A stretch of DNA of 64,000 nt. Origin: Clostridia bacterium (GTDB taxonomy: Bacteria > Bacillota > Clostridia > Christensenellales > UBA1242). Location of the stretch: positions 20,910-84,909 of the forward strand of contig JAFWBI010000007.1 in assembly GCA_017507215.1 (NCBI GenBank). The letters run 5' to 3'. The notes beneath the pieces were generated by a model that was not told the origin of the DNA, made no database searches, and was given only the letters and a program-made list of their open reading frames with translations. Both the position numbers and the translations under genes were made by a program. This document shows, one piece after another, positions 37,277 through 47,448 of the stretch (positions are counted from its first letter, which is position 1; each line of letters begins with the position of its first letter).

Positions 37277-37969
37277 TGCTTTTTTTGTGCATAAAATTTG
37301 ACTTTGGTGTAAATTTGATGTAAGTTGATTTTGCGTGGGACAAATGTCACATATTTAGTAAAAGTTTAAAATTTAGGAGAATAAATGAAAAAGCATATTG
37401 CAAACATAATCACTATTAGTCGCATTATTGGCAGTGTTTTGCTATTATTTTTTCCTGCGTTTTCAATAGGGTTTTATATCATATATATCGCATGTGGTGT
37501 TAGTGATATGATTGATGGAACTATTGCAAGAAAGACAAAAAGTGCTAGCAAATTGGGAGCTAAAATTGATACTGTGGCAGATATTTTGTTTGTGACAGCA
37601 TCTTTGATTAAAATAGTGCCGGCTATAAATATTTATGTGTGGTTATGGATATGGGGTGTTGCAATCGCAATTATCAAGGTTGGGAATATTGTGTGGGGAT
37701 ATGTTTCCAAAAATGAGTTTATGTCTTTACATAGCATAATGAACAAGATTGCAGGATTGTTATTATTTCTTTTGCCATTAACATTGTCATTTATAGAATT
37801 GAAATATAGTGCAATTGTGATATGCTTTATGGCAACACTTGCAGCCATTCAAGAAAGTGTTTATATTGCAAGAATCTCTGAAAAGAAGTAATTAAAATTA
37901 AAGATATACTTTTAATAACAAATATAAAAAGCAAGGCAATTTGCCTTGCTTTTTTTGTGCATAAAATTT
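37277..37969 (+). repeat. Exact 23-bp direct repeat (37277-37299 and 37947-37969) flanking one gene
   Basis: TGCTTTTTTTGTGCATAAAATTT at both positions, each at the 3' side of a terminator hairpin. Confidence 0.85.
37385..37891 (+). CDS. CDP-alcohol phosphatidyltransferase family protein
   Basis: ANIITISR; SDMIDGTIARK....LGAKIDTVAD. Confidence 0.92.
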   Translation: MKKHIANIITISRIIGSVLLLFFPAFSIGFYIIYIACGVSDMIDGTIARKTKSASKLGAKIDTVADILFVTASLIKIVPAINIYVWLWIWGVAIAIIKVGNIVWGYVSKNEFMSLHSIMNKIAGLLLFLLPLTLSFIELKYSAIVICFMATLAAIQESVYIARISEKK

Positions 37970-38069
37970 CTTGTCAAAAGGCTTTCAAGTTTGGTATCAT
38001 AAAGATAATGAAAAGTGTGGGCATTTGGTTGTAAAAATGCTCAGTATTGCAGAAGATAAGGAGAGCAGA

Positions 38070-38747
38070 ATGAAATTTTTTAACAATGGTTGGGACAACG
38101 CACTGGAAGATGAATTTGAAAAACCATATTTCAAAGAACTCTTAGAAAAGGTTGATGAAGAATATTCAAAATATAAGGTTTATCCACCACGTGGAAAGAT
38201 TTTTGCGGCACTCACAAACTGTGATATTAACGACATTAAGGTTGTGATTTTGGGTCAAGACCCATATCACGAAGAAGGTCAAGCACACGGAATGTGTTTT
38301 TCAGTGCTTCCGGGGGTTGATGTGCCACCTTCACTCAAAAACATATATAAAGAAATTCAAGCTGAATATGGCTATGCTCCACCAAATCATGGTTATTTAA
38401 TGTCTTGGGCAAAACAGGGCATTCTTCTTTTAAACACAACCTTGACTGTTCGTGAACATCAAGCAAATTCGCACTCAACTTATGGTTGGCAAAAGTTTAC
38501 CGACAGGGTTATTCAAGAAGTAAACAAAAAAGAAGAACCAGTGGTTTTCTTGCTTTGGGGAAGAAATGCCATTTCAAAGCAAAAGTTTATTGATGAAAAC
38601 AAGCACTATGTTTTGACATCTGCGCACCCAAGCCCACTTTCGGCATATCAAGGGTTTCTTGGCAACGGTCATTTCAAAAAAGCAAATGACTTTTTGAAGA
38701 TGCAGGGCAAAACTGAAATAAATTGGAAAATTGAAAACATAGATTAG
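38070..38747 (+). CDS. ung: Uracil-DNA glycosylase
   Basis: GQDPYH, LLLN, HPSPLS; start after AAGGAG. Confidence 0.96.
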   Translation: MKFFNNGWDNALEDEFEKPYFKELLEKVDEEYSKYKVYPPRGKIFAALTNCDINDIKVVILGQDPYHEEGQAHGMCFSVLPGVDVPPSLKNIYKEIQAEYGYAPPNHGYLMSWAKQGILLLNTTLTVREHQANSHSTYGWQKFTDRVIQEVNKKEEPVVFLLWGRNAISKQKFIDENKHYVLTSAHPSPLSAYQGFLGNGHFKKANDFLKMQGKTEINWKIENID

Positions 38748-38753
38748 GTGAAA

Positions 38754-40187
38754 ATGAAAAAAGTTTTTGGAATGATTTTGGCTATTGCTCTTAGCATAAC
38801 AAGTGTTATGCTTGGTTTTTCGTGGCTAAAATTTGATGATGATAAGCAGACACAAGCTGCGACTCATATTGAAATTTTTGACGAAGAAGACCTTTTGAAT
38901 AAAACAGATATTTTGAATCCTGAAAAATTATATGCAACATATGCAAACCAACAATCATTAAACAAATCACCATTTGATGAAAAAACTGAAAAACTAAAAA
39001 CTGGTTACACATTTATTCCAACCGAAAATAAGAATAAGGAAGTGAATGTGGCTTATTTTGTTGAAGAATTCACCACACTTCCAGATAAATCAATTTATAT
39101 GTGGATTTTCATTCCAAATGAAGATGTTTATGCTTTCAATTTAAGTTTTGAAACAACCGAAGGCTATTCGCTTTCTTGGAGCTTTACGGCTTATGAATTT
39201 GAGCATTTAATTGAATCAAAAGCAACATCTGAGATAACGTATGGTTGGAAGTTGTTTGAATTTTGCATTGGAGACGCTAAAAAATCTGCTGAAATAACTC
39301 ATTCTTACACAGGCTATGTTTTTAACAAAATGTCTATTTCATATACAGCTGAAAGCAATGTTTATCAAGATAGCAACAAAAACAAACTTGCTTTCTATCA
39401 TGTTTATCAAGCAGACAGCTTTTCAAGCTATTCAACCATTGTTGACACAATCGAATATGCAAACTATAAAATTAAAGAAGATTTTGTGTCAGACACATAT
39501 TTTGTTGATGAAGAAATTTATTTCACAAGTGTTGTTGATATGTTTGAATATATTTACGTTGGACAAACAAACCTTTATGAAAGTTCATCAAGTTTATATG
39601 CTTGGGTGATGGAGGTTGTTGATGCAAATGGCGAAAAACATGAGAAAAATTTTGGTGAAAAATTTGTTTTCTCAAAGGTGGGAAGTCACAGCATCAACAT
39701 TACAATCTATGAGTTTAAGTCAACAGGTTCGGCTGCTGTGGTTTACATTCCAATAGTTATGCGTGTGCAAAATTTTATATTTGGAGCATTCACAGACATT
39801 GACTATAGGTTTGAGAAAGATGAACCAACAATAATTTATTTTAAAATATCAAGCTATTTCATATTTGATGAAGAATCAATTTTGGTTTTTATAAATGATA
39901 AAAAGAAAGCTGATGTCACATACTATTTAGAAGGAAACATGTGTAAAATCACAGTGACAGGGCTCAAAAAAGGAGACACATCAATATCGGTTCAAATTGA
40001 TGGCGCAAAAAGGGGTGCTTTTGAGTCTAAAACATACAAAAGCACAACAAAAATTGTGATTACTGATGAAGATGCAAAAAGTTCAGAAGAAGTGTTTGTT
40101 TGGGTACTTTTGGGCGTTTATGCTGTCGGATTTGGCATTTTTGTTGTTATTTCACTTGTAAAAGCAAGGAGAGTTGGTGTAAAATAA
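38754..40187 (+). CDS. Hypothetical extracytoplasmic protein
   Basis: N-terminal signal/TM and C-terminal TM followed by basic tail. Confidence 0.7.
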   Translation: MKKVFGMILAIALSITSVMLGFSWLKFDDDKQTQAATHIEIFDEEDLLNKTDILNPEKLYATYANQQSLNKSPFDEKTEKLKTGYTFIPTENKNKEVNVAYFVEEFTTLPDKSIYMWIFIPNEDVYAFNLSFETTEGYSLSWSFTAYEFEHLIESKATSEITYGWKLFEFCIGDAKKSAEITHSYTGYVFNKMSISYTAESNVYQDSNKNKLAFYHVYQADSFSSYSTIVDTIEYANYKIKEDFVSDTYFVDEEIYFTSVVDMFEYIYVGQTNLYESSSSLYAWVMEVVDANGEKHEKNFGEKFVFSKVGSHSINITIYEFKSTGSAAVVYIPIVMRVQNFIFGAFTDIDYRFEKDEPTIIYFKISSYFIFDEESILVFINDKKKADVTYYLEGNMCKITVTGLKKGDTSISVQIDGAKRGAFESKTYKSTTKIVITDEDAKSSEEVFVWVLLGVYAVGFGIFVVISLVKARRVGVK

Positions 40188-40217
40188 AAGTAGAATAGAA
40201 AATCACAGGGGGCAGAA

Positions 40218-41498
40218 ATGAGCTACACAGAAGGCTATGACAATAACTTTTCTAGCAGCAAAATTCCTTATGATGATATTCCAATTTCAAGACGTGCACC
40301 GAAGAAAAAACATCACAGAGTTTCATCTTCAAACTTCAAAATTTTAGTAACGATTGTCGCTGTGATGTTTATTATCAACATCGGGCTTTGTATTGCACTT
40401 GTTTATCACGTAAAGAACGCTGTCGTTAAGAATGTTGTGGTTAACCACAATAACATTTCTGCTGTGGGCGATTCTGCACTTGGAATTGCATCAGACACTG
40501 CATGGTGGAGCTCAGTCTGCGTTGCAGCTGGTGGCTCTTGTCATGACGAATCTTCGTTTTACAAAAACACAAGAAGTCGTGGTTCTGGTGTGATTTATAA
40601 AATTGATGAAGAAGAAGGTGTGGCATATTTCATAACTTGCTATCACGTTCTTGATGGACACGATAAATATTACATTTTGCTTCCAAGCAAATTAAAACCA
40701 GACATTGCTGAACTTGTTGGTTTTTCGTCATATTATGACATTGCAGTTTTGAAAATGCCTTATTCCATTGAAGACTTTGAAAGCTGCACAGCCATTCAAG
40801 TCGCAGACAGCACATATCTCACAACTGGCTCAACTGTTATTGCCGTTGGAAACTCACTTTCTGGTGGGCTTAGCGTCACCAGTGGAATCATTTCAAGAAT
40901 CAACACAATGATTCGTGTTGAAGGAAATACATTCCTTTCTCGTGAAATTCAAATTGATGCTGCCATCAATCCGGGCAACTCAGGTGGTGGGGCATTCAAC
41001 AACGAAGGCAAGTTTATCGGGCTTGTAAATGCAAAACTCAACACAACCCAATCAGGAAACACAACAATCAACGTAACTGGAACTGCTTATGCGATTCCAA
41101 GCAAATTGGTTACATCAATCGCAGATAGTATGATTTTGAACGAAGGTGCTCCTGTTTGTGTCGACCTTGGCGCTGAATTTGAGTATAACGAAAATATTGG
41201 TCCAGAACGTTATGAATTTGCAGAAAACAGATATATCGAAGACCACAGAGTGTTCGTTAAGTCGGCGGGTTCTGCGTCTAGTGGAAAACTTATTATCGGT
41301 GACGAAATCGTTTCGTTCTCATATGTTGACATCTTTGGTTTTGAGCACAAAGACGTGCAAATGTTTAATGTTTATTCATTTGATGACATTAAGTTCTTGA
41401 TTAAAAAAGGCTCAAAAATATCATTTAAGGTTAACAGAATATTTGCAGATAATCCAATAACGGTTGATGTGACTGTTACTGGCACGCAAACTTATTAA
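40218..41498 (+). CDS. HtrA-like trypsin serine protease, membrane anchored
   Basis: ITCYHV, DIAVLK, DAAINPGNSGG. Confidence 0.9.
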   Translation: MSYTEGYDNNFSSSKIPYDDIPISRRAPKKKHHRVSSSNFKILVTIVAVMFIINIGLCIALVYHVKNAVVKNVVVNHNNISAVGDSALGIASDTAWWSSVCVAAGGSCHDESSFYKNTRSRGSGVIYKIDEEEGVAYFITCYHVLDGHDKYYILLPSKLKPDIAELVGFSSYYDIAVLKMPYSIEDFESCTAIQVADSTYLTTGSTVIAVGNSLSGGLSVTSGIISRINTMIRVEGNTFLSREIQIDAAINPGNSGGGAFNNEGKFIGLVNAKLNTTQSGNTTINVTGTAYAIPSKLVTSIADSMILNEGAPVCVDLGAEFEYNENIGPERYEFAENRYIEDHRVFVKSAGSASSGKLIIGDEIVSFSYVDIFGFEHKDVQMFNVYSFDDIKFLIKKGSKISFKVNRIFADNPITVDVTVTGTQTY

Positions 41499-41566
41499 TT
41501 TTATTCATTTTGTTGCAAAATTAAACTAGATATGATACTATAAATATAGATTTTGGAGGATATAAT

Positions 41567-41797
41567 ATGGAAATGAAAGAAAAGGTAACAGAAATCATTG
41601 CAAATCAATTGTCAGTTTCTGCAGATAAAATCAAAGGTGACACAAACATCGCTGAAGAACTTGGCGCAGATTCTCTTGATTTGGTTGAAATTTTAATGTC
41701 TCTCGAAGATGAATTTGGAATTTCTATTCCAGATGAAGCAATTCCAAACATTAAAACAATTAATGATATTGTTGATTTCATTCAAAACAATAAATAA
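41567..41797 (+). CDS. acpP: Acyl carrier protein
   Basis: LGADSLDLVE. Confidence 0.95.
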   Translation: MEMKEKVTEIIANQLSVSADKIKGDTNIAEELGADSLDLVEILMSLEDEFGISIPDEAIPNIKTINDIVDFIQNNK

Positions 41798-41998
41798 GAA
41801 CAGATAAAAAGAAGTGCAAAAGCACTTCTTTTTTTGCCTAAAAATTTTTCTTTAAGCAAATTTTATAATTGTTGAAAAAATAGTGTATATTTCTTTATAT
41901 TAGTAATAAAATATAAAAATAAAAAAATTTGCTAAAGTAGTTTACAAATGCAATTTTTTGGTATACTATATGGGCAACACTGAATTCAAGGAGAATTT

Positions 41999-42562
41999 AT
42001 GGCAAAGAAATATATTAAATGTCCAAGATGTGAACTTAACTATATTTTAGAAGGTGAAGATTATTGCAACGTTTGCAAAAATGAAATGAAGCATCATTCA
42101 GAATCAGAATATGATGATGAACTTTTAGATTTTGACGATATGGAATTGTGTCCTGTTTGTGGTCAAAACTATATTAAAGAAGACCAATCAATGTGTGATG
42201 AATGCAAGAAGAAACGCAATGGTGATGGCTCTGCAAATGACGATTTTGAAGACGACGAAATGTCATCTCCAGTGTCTGACATTGATTCTGACGAAGATGA
42301 TGACGAATATAACTCAGGCTTTAGTGAAGTTGATGAAAATGGTGAAGAAATTGACCCATTTAAAGAAACATCACTCTTAGATGATGATTCTCCACTTGAT
42401 TTTGCGACAGAAGAAGATGACGAGCTTGATGATGAAATAGTTGAAACAATGAAAGATGACTTTGAAGTTGTTGATGTGTCTGATGACGATGAAGAAGATG
42501 ATGAAGACGAAGATGATGACTATGACTTCGAAGATGGAGACATGCTCGGAAAAAAGAAATAA
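41999..42562 (+). CDS. Double zinc-ribbon protein with acidic tail
   Basis: CPRC..CNVC and CPVC..CDEC, then D/E-rich C-terminus. Confidence 0.75.
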   Translation: MAKKYIKCPRCELNYILEGEDYCNVCKNEMKHHSESEYDDELLDFDDMELCPVCGQNYIKEDQSMCDECKKKRNGDGSANDDFEDDEMSSPVSDIDSDEDDDEYNSGFSEVDENGEEIDPFKETSLLDDDSPLDFATEEDDELDDEIVETMKDDFEVVDVSDDDEEDDEDEDDDYDFEDGDMLGKKK

Positions 42563-42565
42563 AAT

Positions 42566-42596
42566 AAAAAACACCAAAAATTTTGGTGTTTTTTTT
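42566..42596. terminator. Bidirectional terminator
   Basis: AAAAACACCAAAA-TTTTGGTGTTTTT; nearly identical to the 8161 terminator. Confidence 0.8.
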
Positions 42597-42605
42597 GTGC
42601 AAAAA

Positions 42606-42848
42606 TTAATTTACTTTAAGTCCATTAATCACAACATCACCACAAAGAACTTCGGTGTATGAATAAGACAACGGGCTTTTTCCTTCACCGATATTAACGG
42701 TGAAAATGCTTGGATAAACGTTTTCGATAATGCCTTGGTATTTTTCAATCTTTTTTCTGCCTTTGTTGATTTCCATTGAGATATTAGAACCTTTGAGTCG
42801 TTCGATTTCTTCAATGATGGTTGAAACACTATAATTAACTTTTCTCAT
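42606..42848 (-). CDS. veg: Veg family protein
   Basis: NKGRKK...G.IENVYPSIFTV...SYSYTEVL. Confidence 0.92.
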   Translation of the reverse strand: MRKVNYSVSTIIEEIERLKGSNISMEINKGRKKIEKYQGIIENVYPSIFTVNIGEGKSPLSYSYTEVLCGDVVINGLKVN

Positions 42849-42948
42849 AAATCTCCTTTGATTAAATTTTTGCCATGAAAATTAATTTTATTCAAAAAAG
42901 TAATATTTTCTTTTTTTGATTAATACACTACTCGTAGTGGGGGAAATT

Positions 42949-44421
42949 ATGGAAAATTTAGTTATTCAAGTAAAGAAAAATATTACACTCGACAAATTCG
43001 ATACGTCGGTTAAAATGTCGCTTTCAAGCGACATAAAGTCGATTTTAAATGTGAATGCAAAATCTGTAATTGCATCTGTTGAACAGTCTGGAAATATTGT
43101 TTCGTTATCTGGAAGGGTGTTTGTGAGTGTGCTTTATTTAAACCAGCAAAACCAAGTTCAGTCAGGTGAAACAAGTGTTGATTTCATTCAAAAACAACAA
43201 CTTCAAATTGCACTTTCAGACCTTTTTGCAAGTGATGAAACAAGTGTGAAAATTGACACATTTTCAGGGGCTGAAATCTTGTGTTCTGTCACACATAATA
43301 CCCAAATTTATGGCATTTACAAGTATGAAGTGAGTGATTTTGTTGGTGAAAACACAGCTTTTGTTGTGAACAAAAAAAGTGTTGAACTTAACAAATTTAT
43401 TGCATCTGCATCTGATGATTTTGTGGTTGCTGAAGAGCAAGAAAGCAATATTTTGAATATGCAAATTTTGAAAGCCGATGCGAAGGTTTTAAGTTTTGTT
43501 TCGCATGTGAATGTTGACAAAGTTGTTGTTGAAGGAAAGCTTTTGGTTGAGTCAATATATAAAGATTTAGATGGCATGGGATTGATTTCAAGAGAGATTG
43601 AATTTAAGCAAGAAATTGAAGCAAATGGAACATTTCCATCAATGATTTCAGATGCTGTTGTTGAAGTGCGAAATATAACTGTTACGCCAGAAGAAAAGCA
43701 AGACAAAACAAACATTGTTTATGCTATTGATGTTTTTGCAAAAGCTTATGTTTTTGAAAAGGACACTCGTGATATTGCAACAGACATGTTTTCCTTAGAT
43801 AGTGAAATTCAAAACACATATGACTATCTTGAATTCAAAAACTATTCATGCAAAAGAGAGACTTCTGATGTGATTATGAGCTTAACTGACGTTTCAACAA
43901 TCGAAAACTTTGATGATATTGTTGGCGTTTATAGTCCAAAGGTAAAAATTGAAATTGTGAATAATGACGATTTGAAAACTTATGCAGAAGGCAAAGTTTC
44001 GGCGTTTGCGCTATACAAGTCTGGGGAAGAAATTAAAAGACATGATTTTTCATATCCTGTTAAGTTCGAATGTGAAAAAGAAGCTCTTGAAATTTTAGAA
44101 GATGTGAGCGTTCAAGCTGAAATTTCATCATTTAAGGTTAAGGCAGGAAAAGACCTTGAAGTTGCTTACAAAATGTCGACAATGTTTAAGTTTGTGACAG
44201 AACTTAGTGAAACCTATGTTAAGTCTTTTGAAATCAAAGAAGAAAAGCAAAAAAATGATTATGGAATCAAGGTTTATGTCACAAAGGCAGGGGAAACACT
44301 TTTTGATGTTGCAAAAGTTTTAAGTGTTCGACCTGAAATTATTGAAGAACAAAATGAAATTGACGGCGTGTTTGAACAAGGTGAAAAGATATATGTATAT
44401 TCGCCAGCAAATTTAGCATAA
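42949..44421 (+). CDS. SPOCS (DUF3794)-LysM spore coat assembly protein, SipL-like
   Basis: Repeated DKVVVEG-type beta modules; C-terminal LysM (YVTKAGETLFDVAK); next to veg. Confidence 0.75.
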   Translation: MENLVIQVKKNITLDKFDTSVKMSLSSDIKSILNVNAKSVIASVEQSGNIVSLSGRVFVSVLYLNQQNQVQSGETSVDFIQKQQLQIALSDLFASDETSVKIDTFSGAEILCSVTHNTQIYGIYKYEVSDFVGENTAFVVNKKSVELNKFIASASDDFVVAEEQESNILNMQILKADAKVLSFVSHVNVDKVVVEGKLLVESIYKDLDGMGLISREIEFKQEIEANGTFPSMISDAVVEVRNITVTPEEKQDKTNIVYAIDVFAKAYVFEKDTRDIATDMFSLDSEIQNTYDYLEFKNYSCKRETSDVIMSLTDVSTIENFDDIVGVYSPKVKIEIVNNDDLKTYAEGKVSAFALYKSGEEIKRHDFSYPVKFECEKEALEILEDVSVQAEISSFKVKAGKDLEVAYKMSTMFKFVTELSETYVKSFEIKEEKQKNDYGIKVYVTKAGETLFDVAKVLSVRPEIIEEQNEIDGVFEQGEKIYVYSPANLA

Positions 44422-44476
44422 TTAATTTACAAAACCGTTCAAATGTGTTAAAATTTAATTAGGAAGGAAGAAAGTT

Positions 44477-45472
44477 ATGGAAAACAATATAGATAAAAAT
44501 CTTTATAACGAGAAGTCGTTATATCTTTTGAATATTAAAGAACTTCGTGATATTGGCAGAAAGTTTTGCGTGCCTTCGCCAACAACAATGAAAAAGCATG
44601 AGCTTATCGACTATATTTTGAAAGTGGTTTATGGTGAAATCAAAGCACCTGCAAGAAGCAATTATGGCAGACCAAATGTTCGTGAGTTTGAAATGGATAA
44701 ATATCTTGAAAAAATCAAGAGAAATTCAGACATGACCGACGAACTTATGAAACTTAAACTTGAAGATGATTTTTTGATTGGTGCACTTAAAGTTGCAGCT
44801 CCAAAAGAAAATGAGCCAAAAGATAATATCGAAACTCGTGTTTATGCTGAGCAAAATGGCAAGTGCCTTTTGAAAATTTATCAATTTGTGGACAGCGAAA
44901 AAGATATTGAAATAAGCTCGGAATATGCCAAAAACTTAAATCTTGAAGAACAAGATGTTTTGGAAGTTCGAATTGAAGGTGATATGTGCAAAATTATCAC
45001 CATCAATGGCGTTAGCGTGAAAAATAAATTTGAAGAGTTTGTGATAAACAGCTCAAAGATTTCAGCAGGAAGCAGAAAGGTTTTTTATGTAAGCACAAAA
45101 GAAGAAAGAGAAGAAAAAATCAAAAAAATTGAAGAAACTTGCGAAAACACTGGTTTGAAATTATTTATTTTTGCAAACAAAAAGTACACCGGAAAGTGTA
45201 CTGAATCGTTCGTTTATGATGAAGTTTTAGATTATCCTAAAATGTATAAAAAGTTTATTTCAATGTTCAGTGAGTGGGAAAGACTTGCTCTTCAAGGCGA
45301 AGACGTTGTTGTTCTTCTTGAAAACACTGAAGATGTTGATGATATGCTCAGCTCATTTGATGAAGGTGTCAACGAAAGAACAAAAAACAATGTAAAATCG
45401 CTTATAGACAGGTTCGTTTCACTTGGAAATGTGTTTATAACATTCAGACTTGAACTTAAAGTGAAATATTAA
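44477..45472 (+). CDS. Degenerate Rho-like protein lacking Walker A
   Basis: LNIKELRDIGRKF.V...TTMKKHELIDYIL (Rho N-term); DIEISSEYAKNLNLEEQD; ISAGSRKVF; ERLALQGEDVVVLLE. Confidence 0.6.
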   Translation: MENNIDKNLYNEKSLYLLNIKELRDIGRKFCVPSPTTMKKHELIDYILKVVYGEIKAPARSNYGRPNVREFEMDKYLEKIKRNSDMTDELMKLKLEDDFLIGALKVAAPKENEPKDNIETRVYAEQNGKCLLKIYQFVDSEKDIEISSEYAKNLNLEEQDVLEVRIEGDMCKIITINGVSVKNKFEEFVINSSKISAGSRKVFYVSTKEEREEKIKKIEETCENTGLKLFIFANKKYTGKCTESFVYDEVLDYPKMYKKFISMFSEWERLALQGEDVVVLLENTEDVDDMLSSFDEGVNERTKNNVKSLIDRFVSLGNVFITFRLELKVKY

Positions 45473-45735
45473 TTTGAAACGCTTGCGTTTTCGATTATAA
45501 ACTTATCAAAATCAATAGATTCAACAAAATCTCTTGGCAAAAAAACAGCATTATTAAAGTCCACATAGTTTGTTATGTGGCTTTTTAATATTGCAGGGGT
45601 TGGAATGTCAAGCTCGTGACACATTTTTTCGATGTGCGCATGAAACTTGTCTTCCACAAAATTGTCAATGCTTTCATAAATATAAGACCTTGTGATTTTT
45701 CCATCAACAACGGTTCTTGCCCAGATTCTAATCAT
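45469..45735 (-). CDS. Small hypothetical protein
   Basis: ATG 45735 after AGGAG; MIRIWAR...CHELDIPTP. Confidence 0.7.
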   Translation of the reverse strand: MIRIWARTVVDGKITRSYIYESIDNFVEDKFHAHIEKMCHELDIPTPAILKSHITNYVDFNNAVFLPRDFVESIDFDKFIIENASVSN

Positions 45736-45880
45736 AGTTTCTCCTAATAAAAGTATGATAGCAAATGGGCAAAAATTAATCAAGCAAAAGAATTTAAAAA
45801 CATTGACATTAAATTATTTTTATAATATAATACACTAGAAATTTTGAAGGCAGAATTCTCTGCTTGAAAGGAGAATCAAT

Positions 45881-46348
45881 ATGGCAGAACTTTTTATAAC
45901 TGCAGCTGGAAAGGCTGAAAAAGAAGAAAGACTTAGATATTTAAAAAATGAAAAACGTCCTGAAGTTTTGGAAAAACTTAAAGTTGCTCGTGACTTTGGC
46001 GACCTTAGTGAAAACTCTGAATATGACGCAGCAAAAAAAGAACAATCTATTGTTGAAACTGAAATTGCAACCATTGAAGAAACACTCAGAAAAGCAAGAA
46101 TCATTGAAAATGATGATGTGACAATGGACACCGTTGGTGTTGGAAACGTTGTAACAGTTTATGACGAAGATTTTGGTGAAGAAGACACATACACAATCGT
46201 TGGTGTTATTGAAAGCAATCCAGACAAAAATTTGGTTTCAAACGAATCTCCAATCGGAAGTGGTCTTATGGGCAAGAAGGTTGGTGATGTTGCTGAAATC
46301 ACAACTCCTGGTGGCGTTATCAAAATGAAAATTTTGAAAATTTCTTAA
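45881..46348 (+). CDS. greA: Transcription elongation factor GreA
   Basis: ARDFGDLSENSEYDAAK; SNESPIG; TTGACA-TATAAT promoter. Confidence 0.95.
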   Translation: MAELFITAAGKAEKEERLRYLKNEKRPEVLEKLKVARDFGDLSENSEYDAAKKEQSIVETEIATIEETLRKARIIENDDVTMDTVGVGNVVTVYDEDFGEEDTYTIVGVIESNPDKNLVSNESPIGSGLMGKKVGDVAEITTPGGVIKMKILKIS

Positions 46349-46461
46349 AAACTTTTAAGCATGGCAAAAAGCCATGCTTTTTTCATGCACAAAAAAAGCC
46401 CACTTTTTGTTTATTTCTTGACTTTAGGGCATATTTTTATTACATTATAGTTAGGGGAATT

Positions 46462-47448
46462 ATGCTAGATTATTCAAGTGTTATAAACGGTTCTAGAGCA
46501 TTTCAAACTATTGACCTTGACGTTTCAAGGTCAAGGCTTTCGCATGCTTATTTGTTTGTGAGCAGTGATGAAAACTATTTGAAGCAGTTTTCTGAAATGA
46601 TTGCAAAAAAGTTTATCAACTTAAACGATAGTGAAAATGCTGATAAGAATAATCTCAGAATTGAAAAGCGCATACACCCAGACGTTATGTTTTTTGGTGA
46701 AGAAAAAAACATTGACACCAGCACGGTTGGTGAAATTGTTGAATCGTCAAATGTGAGTCCTTTTGAAGCAGATAAGAAGATTTTTGTGCTTTTTGGAGCA
46801 GGAAAGATGAACGAGTCTGCTCAAAATAAGCTTTTGAAATCTATTGAAGAACCACCAAAAAATACCTTTTATTTAATGACGGCAACATCAACATCAAAAA
46901 TTCTTCAAACAATACTTTCACGTGTTAAACGAATTGATTTAGACGAACTTAAGTCTGAAGATATATCTAAGATGCTTGAAGCAAAAGGTGTTCAACCACA
47001 AAAAGCATTAATTTTTGCAAACTGCGCAAATGGAAATGGAACTTTTGCTGAAAAGCTTGCAACTGATGATGGATTTATTGAATTTTTCAACAACATTGTC
47101 ACATGTCTGTTTGAAGTGAATGGAAGCCGTGATGTGTTGAAATATTCAAGCATTTTTTCGGCAAAAACTGTTGATAAAGAAGAATTTATCAATGTTGCAC
47201 AACTTCTTCTTCGTGACTTGATGATGATTCTTTCGGGCAAAGAAGAGCTTGTGGTTTGCAAAAATGTTCTTGCAAAACTCAAGGTGATTTCATCTTCTGT
47301 GACTCTTGAAAGTGTGAGCTCGCTTGTGGGTTTGTGTTATGAAGAAAAGAAGAAACTTGCGTTTAATGTGAACAGCACTGCTGTTGTTGATGACTTTTTA
47401 TTTAAACTTGCGGAGGTAAAAGTAAAATGCAGAAGATTATCGGTGTAA
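46462..47448 (+). CDS. holB: DNA polymerase III delta-prime subunit
   Basis: SHAYLF, HPDV, AQNKLLKSIEEPP, TILSR; upstream of yaaT. Confidence 0.88.
   Translation: MLDYSSVINGSRAFQTIDLDVSRSRLSHAYLFVSSDENYLKQFSEMIAKKFINLNDSENADKNNLRIEKRIHPDVMFFGEEKNIDTSTVGEIVESSNVSPFEADKKIFVLFGAGKMNESAQNKLLKSIEEPPKNTFYLMTATSTSKILQTILSRVKRIDLDELKSEDISKMLEAKGVQPQKALIFANCANGNGTFAEKLATDDGFIEFFNNIVTCLFEVNGSRDVLKYSSIFSAKTVDKEEFINVAQLLLRDLMMILSGKEELVVCKNVLAKLKVISSSVTLESVSSLVGLCYEEKKKLAFNVNSTAVVDDFLFKLAEVKVKCRRLSV

Noticed and set aside
8161-42608. AAAACACCA...TGGTGTTTT repeats as CRISPR or IS ends
   Set aside because: Dispersed, not regularly spaced, always at gene ends, and no cas or transposase genes; best explained as terminators
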